Assembly (NCBI GenBank): GCA_951406725.2
Contig: OX597830.1
Location: 39,432,001 to 39,496,000, forward strand
Length of the DNA stretch: 64,000 nucleotides
Source: Octopus vulgaris
Taxonomy: Eukaryota
Direction of reading: 5' to 3'
Part shown: one piece after another, positions 13,350 through 24,749 of the stretch
How the letters are laid out: each line of letters opens with the position of its first letter
How positions within the stretch are numbered: the first letter of the stretch is position 1
Position numbers and translations under genes: made by a program
The notes under the pieces: generated by a model
Database searches by the model: none
What the model saw: only the letters and a program-made list of their open reading frames with translations
Told to the model about the DNA's origin: nothing

Positions 13350-13805
13350 CTAAATAATTAAAATATCAGGGTTTTTTTATGTTTCTTTTACCGCTCTTTA
13401 CTGATTCTGATAGTCTTAAATCGTTAATACACTACGTTCGCAGAAGGTCGACTGATGGCAAAAACTCTTAGTTATTTAGTTACGGTTCGACAGGATATGG
13501 TGCTGAAACCACTGCAACGTCAATGTAACCTTTAACCCTTACAGAAACGATAAAATTACTGGACCAATTTCAACGTGTATACCACTATACCATTTTTTTT
13601 TATTATTAGTACTGGATCCAAACCAGAAAACTATTTATAAAGAAATACAAACTACAATACAAAAATAACTTCCCAATTTACATATTATTCGAAAGCGTTT
13701 CAAAAATATAATTAATATGCAATAAATAGTTGATATATGATTGTACAGTTATTTTTGAAGTCTCTAACAGAAGTTTATTCGACAAAGAAATAATATATCA
13801 ATATC

Positions 13806-14023
13806 CAGTAATCCCTTGCCATATCGCGGTTCACCCATCGCGGTTTATTATTTAAGCTTACGCCGTTTCCTCGGTGGCGTTATTCTGCATTTATAATAAA
13901 ATAAATATATGCAAATTATAAAAATAATGAAAAACAATATATAGCACTGTTTCTGCTTTGCACATTTTCACCTATCACGCTGGGAGGGGGGGCTAACACC
14001 CGCGATAGTCGAGAGATTACTGT
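13806..14023. mobile_element. Tigger/pogo-type MITE
   Basis: TIRs cagtaatcccttgccatatcgcgg / ccgcgatagtcgagagattactg followed by TA. Confidence 0.7.
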
Positions 14024-14312
14024 AGAATGGATTCCCTTGTGGCATTTTTGTCATATTATCATTTTCGGTCATCATCATCATCATCGTCATTATTAATAAT
14101 TTTATTATAAAGGCGGTGTGCTGGTAGAATCGTTAGCATGCCGGACAAACTGCTTAGCAGCATTCTTTCCGATTTTACGTTCTGAATTCCTATACCACTG
14201 AGGTCAACTTTGCCTTTCGTCCTTACGGCGTTGATGTTGTGAGTGTATGTATGTGTGTGTGTGTGTGTGTGAAAGAGAGAGAAAGAATTTGCAATAGACA
14301 CATTTTTTTTAT

Positions 14313-14416
14313 TATTTGTTCCTACATAGGTACCCTCGATTGAGGTGTTTCGCACTCTGCTTTATATGTTGAACTCCAAAAAGCTACAATGGTGAAACGT
14401 ATGTAGGAACAAATAG
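14313..14416. repeat. Small inverted-repeat element (MITE-like)
   Basis: tatttgttcctacata ... tatgtaggaacaaata. Confidence 0.45.
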
Positions 14417-14604
14417 TATAAACCCGTTTTTATCGTAATTTCTACTACATTTGCTTTGTATTTCCTAACTAGTAATACTATTAAGTATAGTTGCTGCATA
14501 ACCACTATACTGGGGACAGACTAGACTACGATAAGTTACATGGAGCTCTGAGCTTAACAGTACAAATCTAACATCTGTTAGCACACGCCACACAATTACG
14601 CAAT

Positions 14605-14960
<356 letters not shown>

Positions 14961-15826
14961 TTCATAAAAAAACATACTCAGTCAATATAGACGCACACAT
15001 AAATGAAAGTATGCGTATTTATACACATATGTATGTATAAATACGCACGCACGCACGCACGCGCACACACATCCACATCCACACACACACATACACACGC
15101 ACACTTACAAATACATATATACATCTACAGACCCGCACACATATTCCCTCCTTACAAACACTCTTTTTTACTAGCAGCTTATACTTTTTTTTTCCCCCAG
15201 TCACAATTGGATTTCCTAATCTTATTTTACCATAACTGGTCATATTTATTCAGTTTGCTCCTGCTTAGATCAGATATTTCGTCTGTATACTATTTACTGG
15301 ACGTGCTTTTCCCCCTCAAAGTGTGCAACCGAAAATATCCAACGACTACTGTTTACTAAATTCATTGTGGAGATAAAGTATTAGTCGTTTCATATACTTA
15401 ACAAGCAAAATTAAATACATTTAAGTGAATTAAGTGATATGTTTACGTGATTCACACAGGATGTGTGTCGATGCCAACTTCTAATACACGAAATCGAATT
15501 AACAAGGGACAACGTGCTTGAACTAAAAGTCACAGTTCAATCGTTGTTGATTAAGGAAAAGATCAGGCATTTAAGATTATCTCAATTGGTTATTATTGCA
15601 TTGCAAGCTAGAATAGATATGGAAATATATTGGAAATGGATTTAGTTAGATGTTAAAAGGAAGGGAAAATGGTTATGAGAAATTTTCAGCTGATCGGCGA
15701 GCTTGGGTGTCGGCTTGTTGTCTGAAAAGTCATCCAACATCACTTATTTTCTATCAGTTCAGTAAAAGCATTGAACTGAAGACTAGAATGGTCGGAGTTT
15801 CGGTAAAAGAAGGCTTGCCTTGTAGT

Positions 15827-16038
15827 TTAAATTGACGACCCGTTTGCATTCATATTCCGCCGAGGGTTATCAGATCTGTAGTTGTCATTGACTTCGCCTT
15901 CATCTTCGGCATCTCTATACCTATCGTCGTCGTCGTCATCGTCATCATCGTCATCATCATCATCATGGACGTTGTTGTCGTCGTCGTCATGGAAGAGGAC
16001 TTCTCTTTCCTCCTTCCAGAAACTCGATAAAATAAATC
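15827..16038 (-). CDS. Weak candidate terminal exon, acidic low-complexity
   Basis: Acceptor-like ttctattcacag then open frame FILSSFWKEEREVLFHDDDD...RRNMNANGSSI*; part of it is a GAT/GAC microsatellite. Confidence 0.2.
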
Positions 16039-16119
16039 TGTGAATAGAATTTTTCAAAAAAGAAAATCTAAAACTATTTAACTTGTTTGTATTGACGTAT
16101 AAAATAGACAAAGGTTTCA

Positions 16120-16590
16120 TCTTTTACTTGTATCATTCGTTACACTGCGGCCACGCTGGGGCACCGCCTTCAAGATTTTAAATCGAACGAATCGATCCCA
16201 GTATTTATTATTTCATGTAAAGCCTGATACTTGTTCTATCGTTCTCTTTTGCCGAACCGCTAAGATTCGGGGACGTAAACACATCAACTCCGGTTGTTAA
16301 GCGGCGATGGGGAACAAACACATACACACACACACATGCATGCACACATTCACACACACTCACACGCACACACTCACATGCGCCCGCACGCACGCACACG
16401 CACGCACACTCACTCACACTTATATACATGTATATATATAAGACAGGCTTCGTTGAGTTTCCGTCAACTATATCCACTCACAAGGCCCAAGGTTATAGTA
16501 GAAGACACTTGACCAAGATGCCACACAGTGGGACTGAATCCGGAACCGTGTGATTGTGAAACAAACTCTTACCACACTGTCACACCTATA
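16120..16590 (-). mobile_element. SINE family A
   Basis: Homologous to 1468-1930. Confidence 0.85.
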
Positions 16591-17031
16591 CATAACTGAA
16601 GACAAAGTAGTGTCGAGTTAGCTAGTCGGGTACCAGGCTTGCGCCAGCCCTAAATGTTAAGGTTCGTAACTTGGTCAACGCATACTGTCATGGCCAACCC
16701 TGGAATATCTGACTCAACCCAGTCCACCGTCGAGTACATAGTATTCACTGTAATAGCTCAAAAGTCATGATATATCCATACAGTTATTTCTATGGTTATT
16801 TTATTGAATCTGGGACCCTCTTGATAGAAGCGCTAAAGAACGGACATCGATTTCCACTTCTACCACCACCACCGCCGCCGCCACCAAGGCTGTATTAAAA
16901 CTGTATTAAAACCCATAGAGGCCCTAGACACTTAAAAAATTTTGATGCCCCTATATATATGTAATTCAAAATATAAACAATAATAAACCACAAGATAATT
17001 TCCTGTTTTTCAAAATGAAACAAAACTATCA

Positions 17032-17294
17032 GACATATGGTGTAGTGGTTACGAGCGCGGGCTACTAACCCCAAGACACCGAGATCGATTCCAGGCAGTG
17101 ACCTGAATAATAATGATAATAGTAATAATAATAATAATAATGATAATAATAATGATGATAACAACAACAACAACAACAACAACAACATCGAAAAATACCT
17201 TAATAATGAGAACCCAGGTTCGAAATTTCCGCAAGACACCTGATGAAGACTGGAGGGTATATCAGCCGAAACGTTGTGTTAACAACAAACAAGA
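17032..17294 (+). mobile_element. tRNA-headed SINE-like element with hammerhead, copy A
   Basis: A-box TGGTGTAGTGG, B-box-like GAGATCGATTCC, (AAT/AAC)n, then hammerhead motif; homologous copies at 28.8, 37.6 and 56.9 kb. Confidence 0.8.
17235..17280 (+). ncRNA. Minimal type I hammerhead ribozyme motif
   Basis: gacac-CTGATGA-a-gactg gagggtatat cagcc-GAA-ACGT-T-gtgtt; stem II reads ggctg/cagcc in the family consensus; palindromic ACGT stem III. Confidence 0.7.
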
Positions 17295-17628
17295 AGTCGG
17301 AGGTATTGTCTTCGGTCGCGTTTGTTTGTCCGTGGACAAGATATCTTAAGAACCGGTGGATGGGTTCGGATGAAACTTTCAAGGATGTTTGGCCTTGTGA
17401 CTGGCACAAACCGATTAATTTTGGGCTCAATCCGGTACCGGTCAAGAATTCTGGATTATTTTTCTTTTTGTTTTTTACTAAATTTTTGAGAGCAGTCGGG
17501 TTCATTTTTAGTATTCTCTACGAGTTTATTTCAGATATTCTCATTTTTAAAAATAATCCCTGGCTAATCATTGAGAGGACTTTGGTGTTGCCTTGACGGA
17601 GGTTTGCGATCTCTGAATGCTCTTGTTT
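17295..17628 (+). mobile_element. Helentron-associated non-autonomous element (HINE/DINE-1-like)
   Basis: cggaggtattgtcttc..gtttgtttgtc..gatgaaactttca body, ends ccttgacggaggtttgcgatctctgaatgctcttgtt; inverted homolog at 21642-22015. Confidence 0.6.
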
Positions 17629-18242
17629 ATATATGAAAAGTTTTCTGTTCTTTTTTTTTTTGTTGCAAAGTCTTTGATCAAATCCTCACTAAGACACCGT
17701 AAACACTTCAAAATTATATTCCCGACTATATATACCACTTCGAAATTATACTTGTGATCATATAAACCACTTGAATATTAGTTTAGCAAGTTTAAAGGTA
17801 TTTCTTTTGTGCTGTAAACCAATTACCATTTCTTTGGTGCTTACCTTCCCTTCGTATCCTAAGCACGTGCTTATTTTGCTTAACGGTTGATTTGCTTCAT
17901 CCAACGCTGACCACCACTCTCGGCATTATCGATATAACTTCCATCTTAACCAATACCACCGAATTCCTCACAACCACCACTCAAATCCTCGCCCTCCACC
18001 ACTCAATCCCTCCCCCTCTCTCACACTCTACCATTCGCGCATCCTTCCCCATTCAAACACCACCACTCCCACCATCATCTCCACCAACACCAGCACATAG
18101 TATGGACACCAAAAATGAATACACGAAGGAATATCTTTGCTTCATGGTGTTACACTACAACCAGAGCCAATGAGAGGACATCTACGTGGTCATTCGCCTA
18201 GCTAGAAATAACCGCCAAATTTCCAACAAATCATATCCTACC

Positions 18243-18695
18243 CTTTTACTTGTTTCAATCATTTGACTGCGGCCATGCTGGAGCACCGCCATCAGTCGAG
18301 CAAATCGACCCCAGGACTTATTTTTTGTAAGCCTAGTAGTTATTCTAGCGGTCTCTTTTACCGAACCGCTAAGTTACGGGGACGTAAACACACCAGCATC
18401 GATTGGGGGGGGGGACAAAAACAGATACACAAACACACACACACATATATACTTTGATACTTTGATACTTTGATAGGTTTCGGCCATTATTGGCCCAGGC
18501 CATGTCTAACTTAATAGCACCACCTGGTAAAATGGGCTTTTTTCAGTTTCCGTCAACCAAATCCACTCACAAGGTTTTGGTCGGCCCGAGGCTATAGTAG
18601 AAGACACTTGCCCAAGGTGCCACGCAGTGGGACTGAACCCGGAACCATGTGGTTGATAAGCAAGCTACTTACCACACAGCCACTCCTGCGCCTAT
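18243..18695 (-). mobile_element. SINE family A
   Basis: Homologous to 1468-1930; CpGs largely intact. Confidence 0.9.
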
Positions 18696-19296
18696 CTATG
18701 AAAATAAAATAACACATTAGATAATGTAGTTCTACATGCTTTTAAAGGAAAGTGGGGGTCATGGCTGGAATGCCTTTCAAAATGGTCTGCTCGATCAGAT
18801 TTGACTTGGGGCTAACAACATCAGTACCACCACTACCACGACCACCAACAACAAGAACAATAATAAAGATTATTAAACTAATGACGGTGCCTCGATGTGA
18901 TCGCTCGATTTGCTAAAAATAGAAGACATATATACTCATAAATCATTGAAAAGAATGAAAAGACAATAGAGTCCAGCATACCTTTACAAAGACGGGAGAG
19001 TCAGTACCGGAAGGGATTTAATTATAGGTCTGTCCGATCAGGATTAATTCGATGCTAAACAACAGCAACAGCAGTCATCATCATCTTCATCATCATCATC
19101 ATCATCATTATCAACATCATCAACAACAACAACAACAACGGCGGCAACGACGACGATGATAATGGCTATGATAACGACAACAATCAGATTAATTTCAGGA
19201 ATCAAAAAAGTAAAAATTGCTTTCCGTCCAGGTTTGAATAAATTCCAATGAATCTGTTCTCTGCAACACTGAGTAAACGAACTGACTGATCGAAGC

Positions 19297-19381
<85 letters not shown>

Positions 19382-19959
19382 TAAGAGAGCGGGAAATAAC
19401 GAACGGATCATTGCGAAAGGTGTGATTAATTCTACAACAATGCCGAAACTTTCACTTCTAAAACAGATTTACGTGAGACAATTACTAACAACGAAATCTT
19501 TCTCTCATTTGCACAAGAACTCTCACACGTGTGCGAAAACATTCGCTTTAAGATATTCACACATACACCAAATGCTCACAAACAGGGAAGCATATACATA
19601 GATGTATGCCTATTCTCGTACAGACACACATATATATATGTAAATATGTACGTGTGTGTTAGAGTATAGCTACTGCCAATGAGCGAAAATACTAGAATAG
19701 TAAATATATACATACACACAGACATATTGGATTCTGCACTGCACTTTCAAAAGAGCTGTGCAGAATTCTGTTCTGTTACGTTCACTCTGGGTAATGCATT
19801 AAACGAGTGATGAATCGTTGAACCTCGCTATGTGCTCCTCACGCGTCCAATTGGAATATTTTCCCTGGCTACCTCAATACACAAAAGAAGTTAAATATGC
19901 AACATAATTTCTCCCTCTGCCTTATATGTGTGTGAATGTGTGTGTGTGTACTTGTACTT

Positions 19960-20248
19960 GTGACGGCGTTCACCCAGAGCGAGTTGAGCCGGCTTCTTCT
20001 CTAGTCCTAACGGCATCACGAACCATGGCGGCCCACGCTCGACGGTCCTGTGCGAGGTCACTGGAGACAGCGAGCCATTGGCGGTTCCATCTGAGAAGAC
20101 CGACCACCTGCGGACCTGAGAGTTCGGAGAGTATGAGTGTGTGTGCGTGTGTGTATGTATGCTCCGTTAGGCCTTGCGAAAGTAGAATCCGTATCAGACT
20201 GTCTTGAGTAATACATGTAACTCCCAGTAAATGTGTTGAGTGTGTGTG

Positions 20249-20250
<2 letters not shown>
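19960..20250 (+). repeat. GC/CpG-rich island, possible solo LTR
   Basis: Begins TGTGACGG; much higher GC than flanks; runs into (GT)n; no TSD identified. Confidence 0.3.
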
Positions 20251-20316
<66 letters not shown>

Positions 20317-20336
20317 TTGTGTGTGCGTGTGTGTGT

Positions 20337-20478
20337 AAGAATAATATAACACGAGGATGGAAGATATAAAGGTTTAATAGTAGATCACAACATTTATTTC
20401 TCTAACGCGCACCTGCTGACTTAAACGGGGGTGCAGTGCAGAAACAATTGTCTCCATCTTTGTGTTATATTATTCTTG
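20337..20478. repeat. MITE-like inverted repeat
   Basis: aagaataatataacacgaggatgga / tccatctttgtgttatattattctt. Confidence 0.55.
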
Positions 20479-20646
20479 TTTATTCTTATATTAATCTTAT
20501 GCAAAGAGGCAAAGGGGAGTTCTGCATGTATGTGCTGCCCTGGAATACGCCCTACTGTTGGATAACATGTGACAGCCAAATAACATAAGAGCTCTCTTTA
20601 ATGCTCGTTACGAGGTTTTTACCCGGGTTATACTAAATGTGTGTGC

Positions 20647-20689
<43 letters not shown>

Positions 20690-20767
20690 TAAATAAATAA
20701 ATAGGTAAAAAAATTTCGGTGTTTGTGTCAATAGCGTAACGGTTTGTAATCGAGTTGATAACAATCG

Positions 20768-20933
20768 AACGAACACAAATTCTGCACCGGAAAGATGTTA
20801 CATCCGTTAGGTCTTTTCTAGAATGTTCCAGTGATGTTTCCAAGTGGTCTAACGAACACAAATTCTGCACCGGAAAGATGTTACATCCGATAAGTCTTTT
20901 CTAGAATGTTCCAGTGATGTTTCCAAGTGGTCT
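20768..20933. repeat. 83-bp tandem duplication (2 copies)
   Basis: aacgaacacaaattctgcaccgg...caagtggtct at 20768-20850 and 20851-20933, two substitutions. Confidence 0.9.
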
Positions 20934-21641
20934 ATTATTCATCTTTAGTCTGAACCTAGCAGTGGTTCCACACCCCCGTGTGACCAAGCAGCCCTTTCAG
21001 AAATAGCATTGCTCATCTGCTGACAAGGATCGAGGGAAAAATTATCTCAACTGTGGTTCTTAACCTATTTTTCTTGTTTTGTCATTTATATTATTATTTT
21101 GTCATTTATAATATTTATAATATTATGAGATACCCTGTATAAAATTGACGTGTCTGTGTCTATAATATATAAAAGCTCCCCCATCTCTATCTATCTATCT
21201 ATCTACCCGTAAATATATATGTATATATTCGTTAGTCCTATATTGCTTCATTTTGAACTTGTTATACCCTTACTATAGCTAAAATTTAGTATAGTATGCT
21301 ACCTCCAAAATTCAATCTATTAATGGCACAGTGAAGATTTGTAAGACACTCCAAAGATTCGTCATCCGAGATTCTTTAGATGAATAGAGATGCACACATC
21401 TGGGTGTGTGCATCGAGAGCTCAACTAACACACCAACTCAACCACAATTTTACAAACACCGGGAAGACTCTGAACTCAAAAAGTCACGTCGTTTTGTTAG
21501 CGACCGGCTTGAACTCTCTTAAGAACTTTAAAAAAAACTCCAAGACAAAACATAAATACATTTGCACGCACGTGTGTGTGTCACCATAGGTATATCATGA
21601 GGATGTTCCAACCTTACCATAATCGGAATGATACAATTCAA

Positions 21642-22015
21642 GCAAGAGCACTCAGGGAGCGAAAACCTCCGCCAAGGCAATACCAATGTCATCTCAACGA
21701 TTACCTGGAGATGATTTTTAAATGAGAATTTCTGAAATATATTCGACTGCTCTCACAAATGAGAATACTGAAACTGAACCCGACTGCTCTCAAAAAATTA
21801 GTAAAAAAAATACAGGAAAAATTATCCAGAATCCTTCTCCGATACCGGATCGATACCAAAATCTAATCAGTTCGTGCCAATCACGACGCCAAACATCCCT
21901 GAAAGTTTCATGTGAATCCATCCAGCGCTTCGTAAGATATCTTGTCCACGAACAAACAAAAAAACAAATATGACTGAAAACAATACCCTCGCCTTCGCCA
22001 AGGCGGAGATAATAA
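21642..22015 (-). mobile_element. HINE/DINE-1-like element, second copy
   Basis: Reverse-complement homolog of 17295-17628; subterminal inverted motif cctccgccaagg / ccaaggcggag. Confidence 0.6.
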
Positions 22016-22886
22016 AGAACTAATGATATAAGTGTATGTATCTGAGTTTGTATCGTTGTGCGTTTGTGTATACATGTGTATATCGTGTGTGAGATGCATG
22101 AACGTGAGTGCTAATATCCGGCTAAATAGAGAGCGATGAGAGGCAGAAACGGTAAAACGGAGAACAACTTGCCTTGCAGTGTCTAATTCTATGTTTCTAT
22201 TCTAATCCCATTAGAACTGACTTCACCTTTCGTCCTTCTTGAATATGATAAAATATAAATACCTCGCATCTGCAGACACTCGTTTATTTTATGAAGTCCT
22301 CCCCCAAAACCAATATGTCGTGACCTTATGCGACTTTTCAGATTTTTAATATAGAGATGAACGAAACACTCTTTGCTTTAAAACATCTTTCTTTCACTTC
22401 GTTTTGCTTTTACTTCTTATGTTGTTTTGTTTTTCCTCGTCAGACTGTAAAAGAAAATTCTGCTACTTTAAAACAAAATATATTAATGTGAAATTATTCA
22501 GTGTATAGAACGTTTTGCTATCCAGCATCGTTGAACAATGAACACTTTCAAATTTGAGTTGCCATGCAATGTTTAGTTTGCGTGACTATAAGAATTTGCG
22601 TCATTAACTTTTAAAAAATTACTATTAAATTGAATATAGTTTCCATAAAACTGTAATTCTATATCTTTCATTCGTTTTTAGTTGGTTTGTTAGCTTCTTG
22701 TTGCTGTTATTTTTTAGAGAGGTGGACTGGATGTGATTAGTGGAAACTGTTGTTATGAACAGGTGAGAGAGGGTTAACTATCACAAGATAAAATAAATAT
22801 ATAGCTATATAAATGGATTTATGTTCATACACAGACATGCTCACACACACGCACACATATATATTATGTAGATATTTGTGTGTGTG

Positions 22887-23222
22887 AAGGCGCGTGGCTC
22901 AGTGGTTAGAGCGTCGAGCTTACGATCGTGAGGTTATGAGTTCGAATCCCGGACCGGGCTGCGTGTTGTGTTCTTCAGCAAGACACTTTATTTCACGTTG
23001 CTCCAGTTTACTCAGCTGTAGAAACGAGTTGCGATGTCACAGGTGCCAAGCTGTATCGGCCCCTTTGCCTTTCCCTTGCATAACACTGGTGGCATGGAGA
23101 GGGGAGGCCGGTATGCAAGGGTGATTGTTGGTCTTACGTAAACAACCTTGCCCGGACTTGTGCCTAGGAGGGTAACTTTCTAGGTGCAATCCCATGGTCA
23201 GTCATGACCGAAGGGGGTCTCA
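22887..23222 (+). mobile_element. tRNA-derived SINE family D
   Basis: GGCGCGTGGCTCAGTGGTTAGAGCG...GAGTTCGAATCCC head then gttgtgttcttcagcaagacact; relatives at 2870-3010, 3200-3432(-) and 61272-61480. Confidence 0.8.
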
Positions 23223-23225
23223 GCA

Positions 23226-23270
<45 letters not shown>

Positions 23271-23844
23271 AGGGTATAACTTGTTATATTCCGGGGTATA
23301 ACAAGTTCAAAAAGAAGCAATATAGGACTAACGAATATATACATATATATTTACGGGTAGGTAGGTAGGTAGGTAGGTAGGTAGGTAGATAGATAGATAG
23401 GTAGAGAGAAAGAGAGGGGGGGGTTATATATCATAGACACACACATCAATTTTATACAGGGTATCTCATAATAATGTAACACATTGCAAACGTAGGTAGG
23501 ACTGGAAAAGGCATGGGCGAATGCCCACGATCTTGTATGTTACAAATAAATAGTCTACCATATGAGATATTCTGTATACAAAAGTAAAAACAGTTTTTCA
23601 TCATGGCTTCTGGATGTGAATGCGTGAAAGTTGAACGAAATATGCCGATGTTGGTCAAAACCGGGTAAAAAGCTCATGTACATAAATGAATACACCTAAT
23701 TTTCTTAGTCGAAAGTCAGAGTCCGTCATGTGTGAAACTGTGTATGTGTGTGTGTGTGCGTGCGTACGTGTAGAAATACACACATGCATATATGTATTAT
23801 TTATAGAAAAGTAGATATAAATGAGCCTGTAAGGTTATGCATTT

Positions 23845-24326
23845 CATAAAATAACAGGCGATTGACTATAAATCAAATATCCAATGCTCTTAGCATATCC
23901 CATGAGATAGTTGAGAATATTCTGCGCGACGGACTTGGCATGACGAAGGTTTCTGATTGGTGGGCGCCACGTCCTCTGACACCTGATCAAAAGTGCACCA
24001 GGCTGATCACATCTCAAGAAAATCTGATATTGTCTGAGGTAGATTCTGCTGGTTTCCTTGAACGTTTCCTAAGCCAGGATGAGTGTTGGCTTCACCACTT
24101 TCAACCAAAGACAAAGAGACAATCCATGCAGTGGAAACACCCCTCCTCACCTGCTTCAAAGAAGGCCAAGGGTGTTTCATCTGCATGGAAAGTGATGGTC
24201 TCAATTCTGGGAAATACAAAAGGTGTTCTGTTTATTGACTATCTTCAAAAGGGCAACACTATCGATGGAGAGGATTATGCCACCTTGCTGAGACAGTTCC
24301 AAAAGATTATCAAAACCAAACGCTGA
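23845..24326 (+). mobile_element. Mariner transposase fragment
   Basis: ORF has WWAPRPLT (WVPRxLT) and SQDECWLHHFQPKTKRQSMQW motifs; truncated before the D,D34D end. Confidence 0.9.
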
Positions 24327-24425
24327 TTTCCTTAAATCAGCTAAATATCCACATAGACATATACACACACATGCACAGGGATCCCCATTCCACCTTCGCC
24401 CTCTCCCTTTTCTCTCCATCTTCTT

Positions 24426-24456
<31 letters not shown>

Positions 24457-24477
24457 TTATCTCTCTCTCTCTCTTTA

Positions 24478-24547
<70 letters not shown>

Positions 24548-24749
24548 GGCTGAAGAATGATAATATGCTATTTAATGCAAGGTAATTCCAAGCTCTTTGC
24601 TATCAGCCCACAAACACTCCACAACAAAGATACACAGAACCTGAGGGGGGAACAGAATTGTAATTCTGGAGTCACTGTCAGTACATGCCTTGGGAATAAA
24701 TATGAGGCATTCCACAACTTTTCATGAATACAATGCACCATGCATAAAA

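Noticed and set aside
22889-22962. Functional tRNA gene (likewise 37603-37678)
   Set aside because: A/B boxes are present but the acceptor stem is poor and the sequence continues into a multi-copy SINE body.
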